A DNA stretch of 64,000 nucleotides from a virus: the IMG/VR virus record IMGVR_UViG_3300021960_000019. The stretch is one strand, 5' to 3'. Below the pieces are notes generated by a model. It was not told the DNA's origin and ran no database searches. It saw only the letters and a program-made list of their open reading frames with translations. Made by a program: the position numbers and the translations under genes. Below are positions 48,142 to 57,489 of the stretch, piece by piece. Position 1 is the first letter of the stretch; each line of letters starts with the position of its first letter.

Positions 48142-50338
48142 AATTGTTTTTACGTTTGGTAGATTTAATCCTCCAACTACTGGACACGAAAAGTTAATTG
48201 AAAAGGTTGCTGCAGTCGCTAAAAAAGAGGCCGCAGATTTTATGGTCTTTCCAAGTCATTCTCAAAATCCAAAAAAAGATCCTCTTGATTTTAAGACCAA
48301 AGTCAGATTTATGAAAAAGATGTTTCCAAAATATTCAAGAAATATCATTTCAAATAATAAAGCAAAAACTGCAATTAATGTTGCAACAATTTTATATGAA
48401 ATGGGATATAAAGAATGTGCAATGGTTGTCGGTGGAGATAGAGTTACAGAGTTTAAAACTTTATTAAACAAGTATAATGGTGTTGAAGGCAGACACGGAC
48501 TTTATGATTTTAAGGGTGGTATTAAGATATATTCCGCAGGGGAAAGAGACCCAGATGCAGAAGGTGTTACTGGTATGTCTGCATCTAAGATGAGAGCTGC
48601 TGCAGCTGCAGATGATTATGATAGTTTTAAAAACGGTTTACCATCAAAGTTTGAAAGGACTGATGGTAAAAAATTATACACTGCGATCAGAAAGGCAATG
48701 AAAGTTGAAAATACCGAATTTGGATTGTGGTTGGGTGATGCAGAATTATTCTCAGAATTTATGAATTCTGGTTTCATTGATACTATAGGAGAGTCATCTA
48801 ATGATGAGGTCTTTGATATGATTTATGAAAAGGTATCTCAAAAACAAGTTGGAGATTTAGAGAAGTTTGCAGATAAATTACTTGCAAAATTTAACATTGA
48901 TGTTACATTTACGAAACACTTTGCAGATAGAATGAATGATTCTAGAAACTCTCCAGATATTAAAATTGCAGAGTTGCAAAAATTATTTAAAAAGATACAA
49001 AAAAATAAAGGTAAGAATATCTTATCAAATCCTGATATAGAGGCTGTACTAAAAGATATCTCAACTGACTTAAATTTGCCTGTAGTTATCAACTACAATA
49101 ATGGTGAATTTGAATTGGTTACAAAAACTATTATGAGAAAGAAAAATTTTAGTACTTCTAGTAAAGTTATGAAATATGAAGAAAACGAAATGAAAGATTT
49201 TTCTAGTTTTATATCAGAAAGAAAAACTGCCCAAGACCCAGATGTAAAAGACAAAGAAGGCACTCAACCTAAAAAGTATTATGCAAAAGATGCTGATGGT
49301 GATGATATGTCTAAGGGTACGAAAGAAAAGCGTGCAGCACATTTCAAGAAACAGGCAGACAAACCAGATGGTGATGATAAGTCATATAAACCAGCGCCAG
49401 GTGATGCAAATGCAAAAACTAAACCATCTAAACATACGAAAAAATATAAAGATATGTTTGGTGAGCAGATTGACGGACTAAGAAAAAAGGCAGATAAGTC
49501 TGGTATGCCATACAGTATACTTAAAAAGGTATATGATAGAGGTATGGCTGCATGGAAATCTGGACATAGGCCAGGCACTACTCCACAACAATGGGCATTT
49601 GCAAGAGTCAATTCTTTTGTTACGAAATCATCTGGTACATGGGGTGGTGCAGATAAAGATCTTGCTGCAAAAGTAAAAAAAGAAAGTGTTGAAGAAGATA
49701 GAGATTATAAAAAAGAACGTGAAAACTATCATGGCACTCCAGAACAGATGGAAAAAAATCGTGCCAGAAAACGTGCAAGATATGCAATGGAAAAGGCCGG
49801 TAAAGCAAAACGTGGTGATGGTAAAGATGTACATCACAAAGACAATAATCCATTAAACAATGATCCAAAAAATCTATCATTAGTAACTCAACACTATAAT
49901 AGAAAAGAACCTAGAATGAGAGAAGAACTTTCGCTAGATAAAATAGATGAAATTACTAGTAAAAGACGAATGCAACTGATAAACAAAATCAAAAAATCTG
50001 GTGTTGTCAAAAAAGGTTCTATGTCAAAAGATACCAAAGATAAAAAAGAAAATAATGGCCCATGCTGGCCTGGCTATAAACAAGTCGGTATGAAAATGAA
50101 AAATGGAAAAGAAGTACCAAATTGTGTACCAGAGGAAACAGTGCATGAATCATTGTCTGGTGCAGAAAATCCACCAAAATTACCAAAGGCCGGTGGTGGA
50201 GAGTTTGGTACTAAAACTTTAAGAGACACTTATTTGAAAGATACTCCTTTTATGGAATTAGTTATGACGCCGAATGAATTAAAAAATTATCGCAATATAA
50301 TTGATATTATAAATATAGAGAAAACCAAGGGAAATTGA
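48128..50338 (+). CDS. Multidomain protein: HIGH-type nucleotidyltransferase, several small modules and an HNH module
   Basis: FGRFNPPTTGH, VGGDR and MSASKMR; RGMAAWKSGHRPG..QQWAFARVNSF module; DVHHKDNNPLNN..NL..N HNH; CWPGY..PNCV. Confidence 0.8.
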   Translation: MAKDKIVFTFGRFNPPTTGHEKLIEKVAAVAKKEAADFMVFPSHSQNPKKDPLDFKTKVRFMKKMFPKYSRNIISNNKAKTAINVATILYEMGYKECAMVVGGDRVTEFKTLLNKYNGVEGRHGLYDFKGGIKIYSAGERDPDAEGVTGMSASKMRAAAAADDYDSFKNGLPSKFERTDGKKLYTAIRKAMKVENTEFGLWLGDAELFSEFMNSGFIDTIGESSNDEVFDMIYEKVSQKQVGDLEKFADKLLAKFNIDVTFTKHFADRMNDSRNSPDIKIAELQKLFKKIQKNKGKNILSNPDIEAVLKDISTDLNLPVVINYNNGEFELVTKTIMRKKNFSTSSKVMKYEENEMKDFSSFISERKTAQDPDVKDKEGTQPKKYYAKDADGDDMSKGTKEKRAAHFKKQADKPDGDDKSYKPAPGDANAKTKPSKHTKKYKDMFGEQIDGLRKKADKSGMPYSILKKVYDRGMAAWKSGHRPGTTPQQWAFARVNSFVTKSSGTWGGADKDLAAKVKKESVEEDRDYKKERENYHGTPEQMEKNRARKRARYAMEKAGKAKRGDGKDVHHKDNNPLNNDPKNLSLVTQHYNRKEPRMREELSLDKIDEITSKRRMQLINKIKKSGVVKKGSMSKDTKDKKENNGPCWPGYKQVGMKMKNGKEVPNCVPEETVHESLSGAENPPKLPKAGGGEFGTKTLRDTYLKDTPFMELVMTPNELKNYRNIIDIINIEKTKGN
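50308..50315 (+). promoter_or_regulatory. Late promoter TATAAATA
   Basis: Exact consensus about 25 nt upstream of the 50340 ATG. Confidence 0.75.
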
Positions 50339-50339
50339 A

Positions 50340-52310
50340 ATGACCAATAATATTTTCACACAAAAGAAAGAAGTTCTTGACCTAATCCAAAATATTATGG
50401 AGAATTCAGATACGGCCGAGATTCTAGAAGAAAAGTATAAACTGTATCACAAAGATTTTTCTAGTGCTATGAAACATGCATACGATACTGTTAAGAAAAT
50501 GGGATACGAAGTAGACCCAGAGAGTATTAATGATAAAGTTGCATTTGGACCTAGAAAACCTTCAAGTGGTAAAACAAATAGTTATAGATTAGATTTACTC
50601 AAAAAAGGTAAACCCCAGAAAAAGGGTGTGCAAATTCAAGTTTACAACATGGATAATAAAAGTTATGAATTGAATATGTACCTTGAAGAAGTTGAACTTG
50701 CAGAGGCTACTGGTGGTTTAAAGATGTTAGGTGCCGCCGATGAATTAGAAAAGTATGCCAAAAAATATGGTGGTATGGACAAAAAAGATTTTCTTAAAGT
50801 TGCAAAACTGATGAGAAAAGGTATGTCTGATAAAGTTGTCGGAATGACTAATAACTTAGATACTGAACCTAGAGAAAAAATTGTTGATGTTGTTGCAAAT
50901 CACATTGGTGTTAAATCTACAGAAAAAATGTTTGGTGTAAAATTCTTACATAGAAAAGAATCTGTTGAAAATAAAGAAGTTTCTGAAAACAAAAGTCTCA
51001 TCAAAGACTATGAAAAGTATATGTCGCAAAGTGGTAAGAAATCCCACAATGCATTTGATTACTTAATGTCTATGCCAAAGTATAAGCGTATGTCAAAAGA
51101 CCAGATGACAAAAATCATCGGTGATGCGAAACGCAAAGGCATCTTCAAAGAAGAAGGTGAACTTGATGAAAACAAAAAGGCTGCATTGCAAAAGAAACTC
51201 GCAAAAACCGCACAGTCATCCAAATCAGGAAAAGATAAAGTAACTCTGAAAAAGGCTCCTTGGGATAAAAAGGAAGAACTTTCACCAAAACAAAAGAAAA
51301 TTGACGCAAATAATAATGGTAAAGTTGACGGGGAGGATCTTGCCAAGTTAAGATCTAAAAAAGAAGAAGTACTTTCTCAAATTAAAAACCTTATTTTAGA
51401 CGAAGGTAGAAAACAAGTTCTTGCACATGGTGGTAAAGGACAATATAAAGTAGTTAGTACTGATGGTGCTGTTGATGTTGTTTTCAAAGGTAAAGTAGTA
51501 GGTAAAGGTGACTATGATAGAGGTGCAGATTCTTTCTTTATCAGTATGAAGGGGCAAAAAGGACAAAAATCTTTTGATGACGCTCAAGATATCGCCGATT
51601 ATTTTGCAAAAAACAAAATTAAAGAAGAAGTTGAATTGCAAGAGTATTCTGCACTACCAACTGTCGAAACTTTAAAGAAAATGCATGATGAAGGTAAAAC
51701 TAAAAAACAAATCATGGCTGCATACTCAGGATGTGATTCAGTAAAATTAGAAAAACTCTATGCACAACATTGTACCGAAGAATTAGAAGAAAAGTTTTCT
51801 CCAAAAGAAATTAAGATGGCAATTGGTGTTGCATCAGATAAGAGATATGCTGGTGGTAACATGACAGGTGCAGTAAAGGCAATCGATAAAATTAAAAAAG
51901 GATTATCTAATCATCCACAAGTCTCTGCAGTATTAAAAAGACAAAACGAAGATAATGTACAAGAGTCAGAATGTGATTGTTGCAATGAAGATCCTTGTAA
52001 CTGCCCTGCAGACTGTAAATGTCGTAAATCCGAAGAACTTTCTCCAAAACAAAAGAAAATCGATAAAAATAAAAATGGTAAAATTGATGGATCGGACTTG
52101 GCAAATTTGAGAAAGAAGAATGAAGATTTTGATGTTGAATCATTAATAGAATCATCTGATAAAAAAGATGCAAAAGAAATGGCAGATTTGGTGAAAGAAT
52201 TAGAACCAAAAATCAAAATGACTGAACTTAAAAAACAAGTTTACGATATGGCCATGGAAAAATATAACAATAAAACAAGAGCGAAGAAAATCGCATCTAT
52301 GATTAAATAA
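50340..52310 (+). CDS. Lys/Glu-rich modular protein (candidate internal polyprotein) with two EF-hand-like loops
   Basis: Basic modules separated by E-rich linkers; EELSPKQKKID-xNxNGKxDGxDLA occurs twice. Confidence 0.7.
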   Translation: MTNNIFTQKKEVLDLIQNIMENSDTAEILEEKYKLYHKDFSSAMKHAYDTVKKMGYEVDPESINDKVAFGPRKPSSGKTNSYRLDLLKKGKPQKKGVQIQVYNMDNKSYELNMYLEEVELAEATGGLKMLGAADELEKYAKKYGGMDKKDFLKVAKLMRKGMSDKVVGMTNNLDTEPREKIVDVVANHIGVKSTEKMFGVKFLHRKESVENKEVSENKSLIKDYEKYMSQSGKKSHNAFDYLMSMPKYKRMSKDQMTKIIGDAKRKGIFKEEGELDENKKAALQKKLAKTAQSSKSGKDKVTLKKAPWDKKEELSPKQKKIDANNNGKVDGEDLAKLRSKKEEVLSQIKNLILDEGRKQVLAHGGKGQYKVVSTDGAVDVVFKGKVVGKGDYDRGADSFFISMKGQKGQKSFDDAQDIADYFAKNKIKEEVELQEYSALPTVETLKKMHDEGKTKKQIMAAYSGCDSVKLEKLYAQHCTEELEEKFSPKEIKMAIGVASDKRYAGGNMTGAVKAIDKIKKGLSNHPQVSAVLKRQNEDNVQESECDCCNEDPCNCPADCKCRKSEELSPKQKKIDKNKNGKIDGSDLANLRKKNEDFDVESLIESSDKKDAKEMADLVKELEPKIKMTELKKQVYDMAMEKYNNKTRAKKIASMIK

Positions 52311-52322
52311 GGGAGACTGTTA

Positions 52323-52625
52323 ATGTCTATTAAGAAACCAAGTTATGCCCCTGATGCCGTTGCTACAAATCGCGGTTGGGAATCGCCGAAAGGTGAACTA
52401 CTCGTATCTCATAGGGGATTGAAAGATAAACTAGGAGCATCAGCACCGGCACCCAAAAAGTCGAAACCCGCCCCAAAACCAGAAGTTGTTGAGGATGCAG
52501 GACCAGATTTTGCCAGTATGTCTAAAGATGAATTAGAATCGTGGGCAAGAGAAAATCTTGATGTAGAACTAGATAAAAGACAATCAAAGAAAAGTCTTAT
52601 TGAAGAAATTAAAGAATTAATGTAA
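52323..52625 (+). CDS. Hypothetical protein with C-terminal HeH/Rho-N-like helical motif
   Basis: MSKDELESWARENLDVELDKRQSKKSLIEEI. Confidence 0.6.
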   Translation: MSIKKPSYAPDAVATNRGWESPKGELLVSHRGLKDKLGASAPAPKKSKPAPKPEVVEDAGPDFASMSKDELESWARENLDVELDKRQSKKSLIEEIKELM

Positions 52626-52656
52626 TCTCCTATTTGGGGCCCTTGGTGAATATTGA

Positions 52657-53046
52657 ATGTTTGAGAATTTAACTGAAGCGAACGTGAGCTTATATCAAAT
52701 GAAATCTTATGAAAATCCTAGTTGTCATACTATGGATGAATTCATGGATGATATGAAGCGGATTAAATATATAAAAAGATTGTTTTATAGGTATCATACT
52801 AAAAATCAACTTAAAGAAAGATTGATATTAAATCATCTGATAGTATTGTATAATGTGTTGGGTAACGAACCTTGCACAAGAATTCTATTTTTAAAAATAG
52901 ATAAAGAACAGTATTATATTTTAGTTAGTTTCTTAACCTTTATTAACAAGTTGCCTAGTGTAGTAAATGGAATTGAGAGTGGAAATATTCATACAGAGGA
53001 CATTCCAGTAAAAAAAGAAATTATTGAAGTTTTGCAACAAATTTAA
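52657..53046 (+). CDS. Conserved T4-like hypothetical protein
   Basis: EFMDDMKRIKYIKRL..ERLILNHLIVLYNV. Confidence 0.75.
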   Translation: MFENLTEANVSLYQMKSYENPSCHTMDEFMDDMKRIKYIKRLFYRYHTKNQLKERLILNHLIVLYNVLGNEPCTRILFLKIDKEQYYILVSFLTFINKLPSVVNGIESGNIHTEDIPVKKEIIEVLQQI

Positions 53047-53048
53047 AT

Positions 53049-53056
53049 TATAAATA
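53049..53056 (+). promoter_or_regulatory. Late promoter TATAAATA heading the fibre array
   Basis: Exact consensus, intergenic. Confidence 0.85.
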
Positions 53057-53082
53057 ATAGAAAAGATTATTGGAGTTTTTAA

Positions 53083-55335
53083 ATGGCAGATACTAGATTA
53101 TCCAGTTCGATATCATCACTCAGACAGAAACTATTAGATCAAATTCCGTCGGCAAATCCTGAACAATTAAAAAGAATTGCAAGGTCTGCAAGAAACCTTG
53201 GGCACACTCAAGATACTGATATTGAAGATGCAATCAATACAAGAGCAAATACTCTTATTGTAACTGCAGATGCAACAGAATCTGAAGCTATTGCTGCCGC
53301 GATCAATCAAGTTGACGATTCAATAAATCCAAATATTACTGCATCTGGTACAACCGCAACAGCTGCTGGTACAAATATTGTCACTTCTGACTCTGCGCCT
53401 GGTAATCCCGAAGATGGTGATTTATGGTTTAAAACAGATGAGATGAATTTATATATTTATTATGATGATGGAACATCTTCTCAGTGGGTACAATCAAACG
53501 CACCAACAGTTAGTGGTGGTTCTGGTGATATATCAGACTTGACAGACAGTACTGGACTATTAGGTTCTGGTGGTGCTACTGTCTATGCAGATATGGCGGC
53601 ACTAATAGCCGCTACTGGAATGTCTTCTGGCGATCTTGCTTTGGTTACTGCAAATAATAATATGTATGTATATAATGGATCTGGTTGGTATAAGATTGCT
53701 ACAGTACAAAACGATTCACCTAGTGCAATCACTGGAGTGAATGGAACTTATTCGTTGGCAAAGGACGGAACACCTACGGTTATCACAGCAGTTTCTACAG
53801 ACCCCGAAGGATTCACTCTCATATGGAGTTATGCAGTCACTTCTGGTTCTTTAGGAACAACTGCAACTGTTTCACAAAATGAAAATGTATTTACAATTAC
53901 ACCTAGTACTGATAGTGCTAATGCTGGAACATTTGGGTTGACATTTTCGGTTACTGATGGAGTCAACGGTGCAGTTAATGCAATTAGTACATTTACTTTA
54001 ACATTTTCTATAGATTGGTCATCTGGGTCGTTACAGCATAGTCATCGTGCCTGGGGATGGGATGCTACAAGTCAGGGCAGTGATATAGCATTATCCGAAG
54101 ATGGAGATAAAATGATTGTGGGCAATCCATCATCTGGCAACAACAATGAAGGTACTTGGTCTATATTCACAAGGTCTGGTACTAATTGGGGGAGTCCAAC
54201 TCATATCGCACACACTGATAATTATGAAAACGGTAGGTTAGGAACATCAGTTGCTATGGACGCAACTGGTTCGAGAGTAGCGATTTCTGCTTTGTATGGT
54301 AGTACTTCAGGAAATACTTCAAATAAGGCGGGAAATGTAATAATATATACACTAAGTGGTACAACTGCAACAAGAGAAGCTGTTATAGTTGCTGATACAA
54401 ATTATTTATATGCATTAAATTATCCCACTTATGGTGGATGTATAAGTATGGATAAATTAGGAGAAAGAATAATTGTTGGTCATGCAGGAGCCACTGCAGG
54501 AAATCGAACTAATCGTGGACAAGCACACATATATAAGAGGACTGGAACAACGTGGGCAAAAGAACAAACTTTGGAAAGCGATTACAATTATGATTACCAA
54601 GGAAATGGAGTAGCAATTTCTGGTGATGGTAATACTGTTTTTGTGACAAGGGGCGCTGGTGGCGGAAATTCCAATGAGAGGGCCCAAACGGCCGCACCAT
54701 CTGTTAAAATATACACAAGAAGTGGAACGAGTTGGAGCCTTCAAACAGAAATAGATTCTCCGGCGGGTATCTATCAGAACAATCGATTTGGTGGTATATC
54801 GACGGGCGGGATTGGGTCAATATCATGCACTAATGATGGTAATATTCTAGTGATTGGTGATGGTGGGGCATCAAGCAACGGCTCGAACAATAATAAGCAT
54901 GGAAAGGCATGGGTGTTTACAAGAACTGGCACTTCATGGGATTCTGGAGTAGCATTAACTCCATCTAGCTCGTTGGGTACGAGGGATGGATTTGGAACAA
55001 GAGTTACAATAGATGACAATGGAACTGTTATTGTTGTAGGTAAACCACAAGCGGAAAATAGCCAATATTTAGATGGTGGTGAGTTTCATGTTTTTCAGAA
55101 AAACGAATCGGGAAGTTTTGTGGAAGTAGATAAAATATCAAATCCAGACGATCTCAGTTCTGTATCAGGCACTGAAGGACCACAGGACGGCGCGAAATTT
55201 GGGCAAGGCCTTGCTATATCTGGCAATGCGGAATATCTAGGTGTCGGGGCCCCAATCCATTTCTATTACGTGAGTGGCAACCCCACTGGTTATCATGGCG
55301 ATCACTACGGCAAAACTTATGTTTATATACCTTAA
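53083..55335 (+). CDS. Fibre/receptor-binding-type protein with FG-GAP-like propeller
   Basis: MADT helical N-domain, GDLWF module, Ig-like domain, and repeated G..VA(I/L)SxDG and RxGTxW blades. Confidence 0.7.
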   Translation: MADTRLSSSISSLRQKLLDQIPSANPEQLKRIARSARNLGHTQDTDIEDAINTRANTLIVTADATESEAIAAAINQVDDSINPNITASGTTATAAGTNIVTSDSAPGNPEDGDLWFKTDEMNLYIYYDDGTSSQWVQSNAPTVSGGSGDISDLTDSTGLLGSGGATVYADMAALIAATGMSSGDLALVTANNNMYVYNGSGWYKIATVQNDSPSAITGVNGTYSLAKDGTPTVITAVSTDPEGFTLIWSYAVTSGSLGTTATVSQNENVFTITPSTDSANAGTFGLTFSVTDGVNGAVNAISTFTLTFSIDWSSGSLQHSHRAWGWDATSQGSDIALSEDGDKMIVGNPSSGNNNEGTWSIFTRSGTNWGSPTHIAHTDNYENGRLGTSVAMDATGSRVAISALYGSTSGNTSNKAGNVIIYTLSGTTATREAVIVADTNYLYALNYPTYGGCISMDKLGERIIVGHAGATAGNRTNRGQAHIYKRTGTTWAKEQTLESDYNYDYQGNGVAISGDGNTVFVTRGAGGGNSNERAQTAAPSVKIYTRSGTSWSLQTEIDSPAGIYQNNRFGGISTGGIGSISCTNDGNILVIGDGGASSNGSNNNKHGKAWVFTRTGTSWDSGVALTPSSSLGTRDGFGTRVTIDDNGTVIVVGKPQAENSQYLDGGEFHVFQKNESGSFVEVDKISNPDDLSSVSGTEGPQDGAKFGQGLAISGNAEYLGVGAPIHFYYVSGNPTGYHGDHYGKTYVYIP

Positions 55336-55920
55336 TTTTAAATAGTACGAAAAGGATAATACTATGGCAATCAATTTTCCAAATTCACCAACAAATGGCC
55401 AAGCATTTGATGTTGGGTCTATGACATTTGAATATAATTCCACTAAAGCAAGATGGGAAATTGTCGCTGGCACAACTAATACAGATATTTCCGATTTAAC
55501 AGACACTGGTGGACTATTAGGTTCTGGTGGTGCAACTGTTTATGCAGACCTGCCAGCATTAATTGCTGTAACTGGAATGTCTTCTGGTGATCTTGCTTTG
55601 GTTACTGCAAATAATAATATGTATGCATATAATGGATCTGGTTGGTGGAAAATTGCAACACTTGAAAACAATTCTCCAACTGCAATCACTGGAGTAAATG
55701 GATCTTATTCACTAGAATCTGATGGAACACCTACAGTGATTACAGCAGTATCCACAGACCCCGAAGGGTTCCCCCTAACATGGAGTTATGCAGTCACATC
55801 TGGTTCTCTTGGTACAACAGCAACTGTTTCACAAAATGAAAATGTATTTACTATAACGCCAGGCACAAACGATCCATCAGATGCTGGTACATTTACTCTA
55901 ACATTTAGTGTTACTGATGG
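53527..55920 (+). repeat. About 435-bp imperfect direct repeat (53527-53960 and 55484-55920) shared by two adjacent fibre genes
   Basis: Long identical runs, e.g. GGACTATTAGGTTCTGGTGGTGC, GATCTTGCTTTGGTTACTGCAAATAATAATATGTATG and GCAACTGTTTCACAAAATGAAAATGTATTTAC. Confidence 0.9.
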
Positions 55921-56833
55921 TAGTTCTGGTGCGACATCCGTGGCCTCAGCATTTAGTCTTAACTTTCTACCGATTAATGGTGAGGTCACAAACGTATCTG
56001 GACTAAGTGCAGCTGCATATGGTGATTATTTAATTAAAAAACTAACCTCTGGGAGTGGTAGTTTCACAATTCCAACTACAGCCAAGTACGACTTATTAAT
56101 GGTCGGCGGTGGTGGCGGTGGTGGTGATGGTAATGCTGCCGGTGGCGGCGGTGGCGCTGGTGGAATGGTCGAAGGGTTTGAGGTAACTTTGCCGGCTGGT
56201 AATTATACCATTTCAGTTGGTGCCGGTGGATCTGGTGCAACATCCAATGATGGCAGTGGGAGTACTGGTGGAAATACAGTATTAACAAATACTACTACTG
56301 GAGACTCTATGACTGCCTTGGGTGGTGGTGCTGGTAGAGGTTGGAGTGGTAATTTGGCAACTTCTAACGGTGGTTCTGGTGGTGGTGATACAGGGCCCGA
56401 CAATTCTTCTGGTACATCTATCGCACAAGCAAAAGGAGCATTTACCGCATTTGGTGGTGAATCATTCCATGAATATGGTAATAACGGCGGCAACAAATGG
56501 GGCAACGATTATGGAGGCGGCGGTGGCGGCGCAGGCAGCGCGGCTGGCACTCAGGGCGCATCCGGCGATCCAAGAGCTAATTCGATAGAGACAGGTAGTG
56601 CTCAATACTATGCAGAAGGTGCTACTGGCGCCACTTTTCAAGGTACTTCTCATGCAACCACTAGTTATGGACTTGGTGGTAATGGTGGGAAATACGGTAA
56701 TTCTTCCACTGAGATAGCACCGACCAATGGAACAAATGGAACTGGATCTGGTGGTGGAGGCAAGACTGATTCGTATCTCGACGCGAATGTCGGCCAAGGT
56801 GGCAGTGGTATTTTTGTATTACGACATGTATAA
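55364..56833 (+). CDS. Fibre-type protein with glycine-rich C-terminal domain
   Basis: MAINFPNSP N-terminus, shared Ig-like block, VGGGGGGG..GGGGAGG repeats and terminal GGSGIFVLR. Confidence 0.7.
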   Translation: MAINFPNSPTNGQAFDVGSMTFEYNSTKARWEIVAGTTNTDISDLTDTGGLLGSGGATVYADLPALIAVTGMSSGDLALVTANNNMYAYNGSGWWKIATLENNSPTAITGVNGSYSLESDGTPTVITAVSTDPEGFPLTWSYAVTSGSLGTTATVSQNENVFTITPGTNDPSDAGTFTLTFSVTDGSSGATSVASAFSLNFLPINGEVTNVSGLSAAAYGDYLIKKLTSGSGSFTIPTTAKYDLLMVGGGGGGGDGNAAGGGGGAGGMVEGFEVTLPAGNYTISVGAGGSGATSNDGSGSTGGNTVLTNTTTGDSMTALGGGAGRGWSGNLATSNGGSGGGDTGPDNSSGTSIAQAKGAFTAFGGESFHEYGNNGGNKWGNDYGGGGGGAGSAAGTQGASGDPRANSIETGSAQYYAEGATGATFQGTSHATTSYGLGGNGGKYGNSSTEIAPTNGTNGTGSGGGGKTDSYLDANVGQGGSGIFVLRHV

Positions 56834-56860
56834 TCAATAGAACTAAAGGATAAAATATAG

Positions 56861-57484
56861 ATGGCCGATACAAACTTGAACACTTCTATTGCTTCAGTCA
56901 AATCTAAAATTCTTAATGATTTGCCAACTGCAACTATAGAAGAAGTTACTCAACTTGCAAGAGGTGCTAGAGCTGCTGGACTAGACGAAGATGCTACAGT
57001 AGAAACTGCATTAAATTCCAGAGTCAATACTTTGGTATCGGGGGCATCCGCTGAAGATTTGAGGAAACTTTCTGTCGCATTAAGACAACTCAGAAATCCT
57101 GGCTTAACAGTTGCATCTTCGATTAGTAATACAGATGGCTTGACAGAAGGCACAACTAATGTATACTATACTAATGCAAGAGTGCAATCTCATCTAGGAA
57201 GTTTTTCTGGTAATATCTTACCAGATGCAAATGATACATATGATATTGGTTCTGCAGAATATAAAATTAGAGATTTATATGTAAGTGATAATTCTATACA
57301 TATTGGAGATAAGACTTTAAGTAGAGACAATGTGGACAGAAGTATGGAGGTTTTTGATGAATTGCCACCATCTTCACCCACAGATATTGGTAACAAGGGT
57401 GATGTTCGTATAGATTCTGATTATATGTACGTATGTAAAGACCTAAATAGTTGGGTAAGAATTCCTATAGATAAAACGTGGTAA
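56861..57484 (+). CDS. Short fibre/adaptor protein
   Basis: MADT helical N-domain; ILPDANDTYDIGS..IRDLY fibre motif; GNKGDVRIDSDYMYVC..W. Confidence 0.65.
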   Translation: MADTNLNTSIASVKSKILNDLPTATIEEVTQLARGARAAGLDEDATVETALNSRVNTLVSGASAEDLRKLSVALRQLRNPGLTVASSISNTDGLTEGTTNVYYTNARVQSHLGSFSGNILPDANDTYDIGSAEYKIRDLYVSDNSIHIGDKTLSRDNVDRSMEVFDELPPSSPTDIGNKGDVRIDSDYMYVCKDLNSWVRIPIDKTW

Positions 57485-57489
57485 AATAA

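Noticed and set aside
53527-55920. Repeat pair as a DGR template/variable repeat
   Set aside because: Differences are mostly synonymous and not confined to adenines, both copies are mid-gene, and there is no reverse transcriptase in the window.
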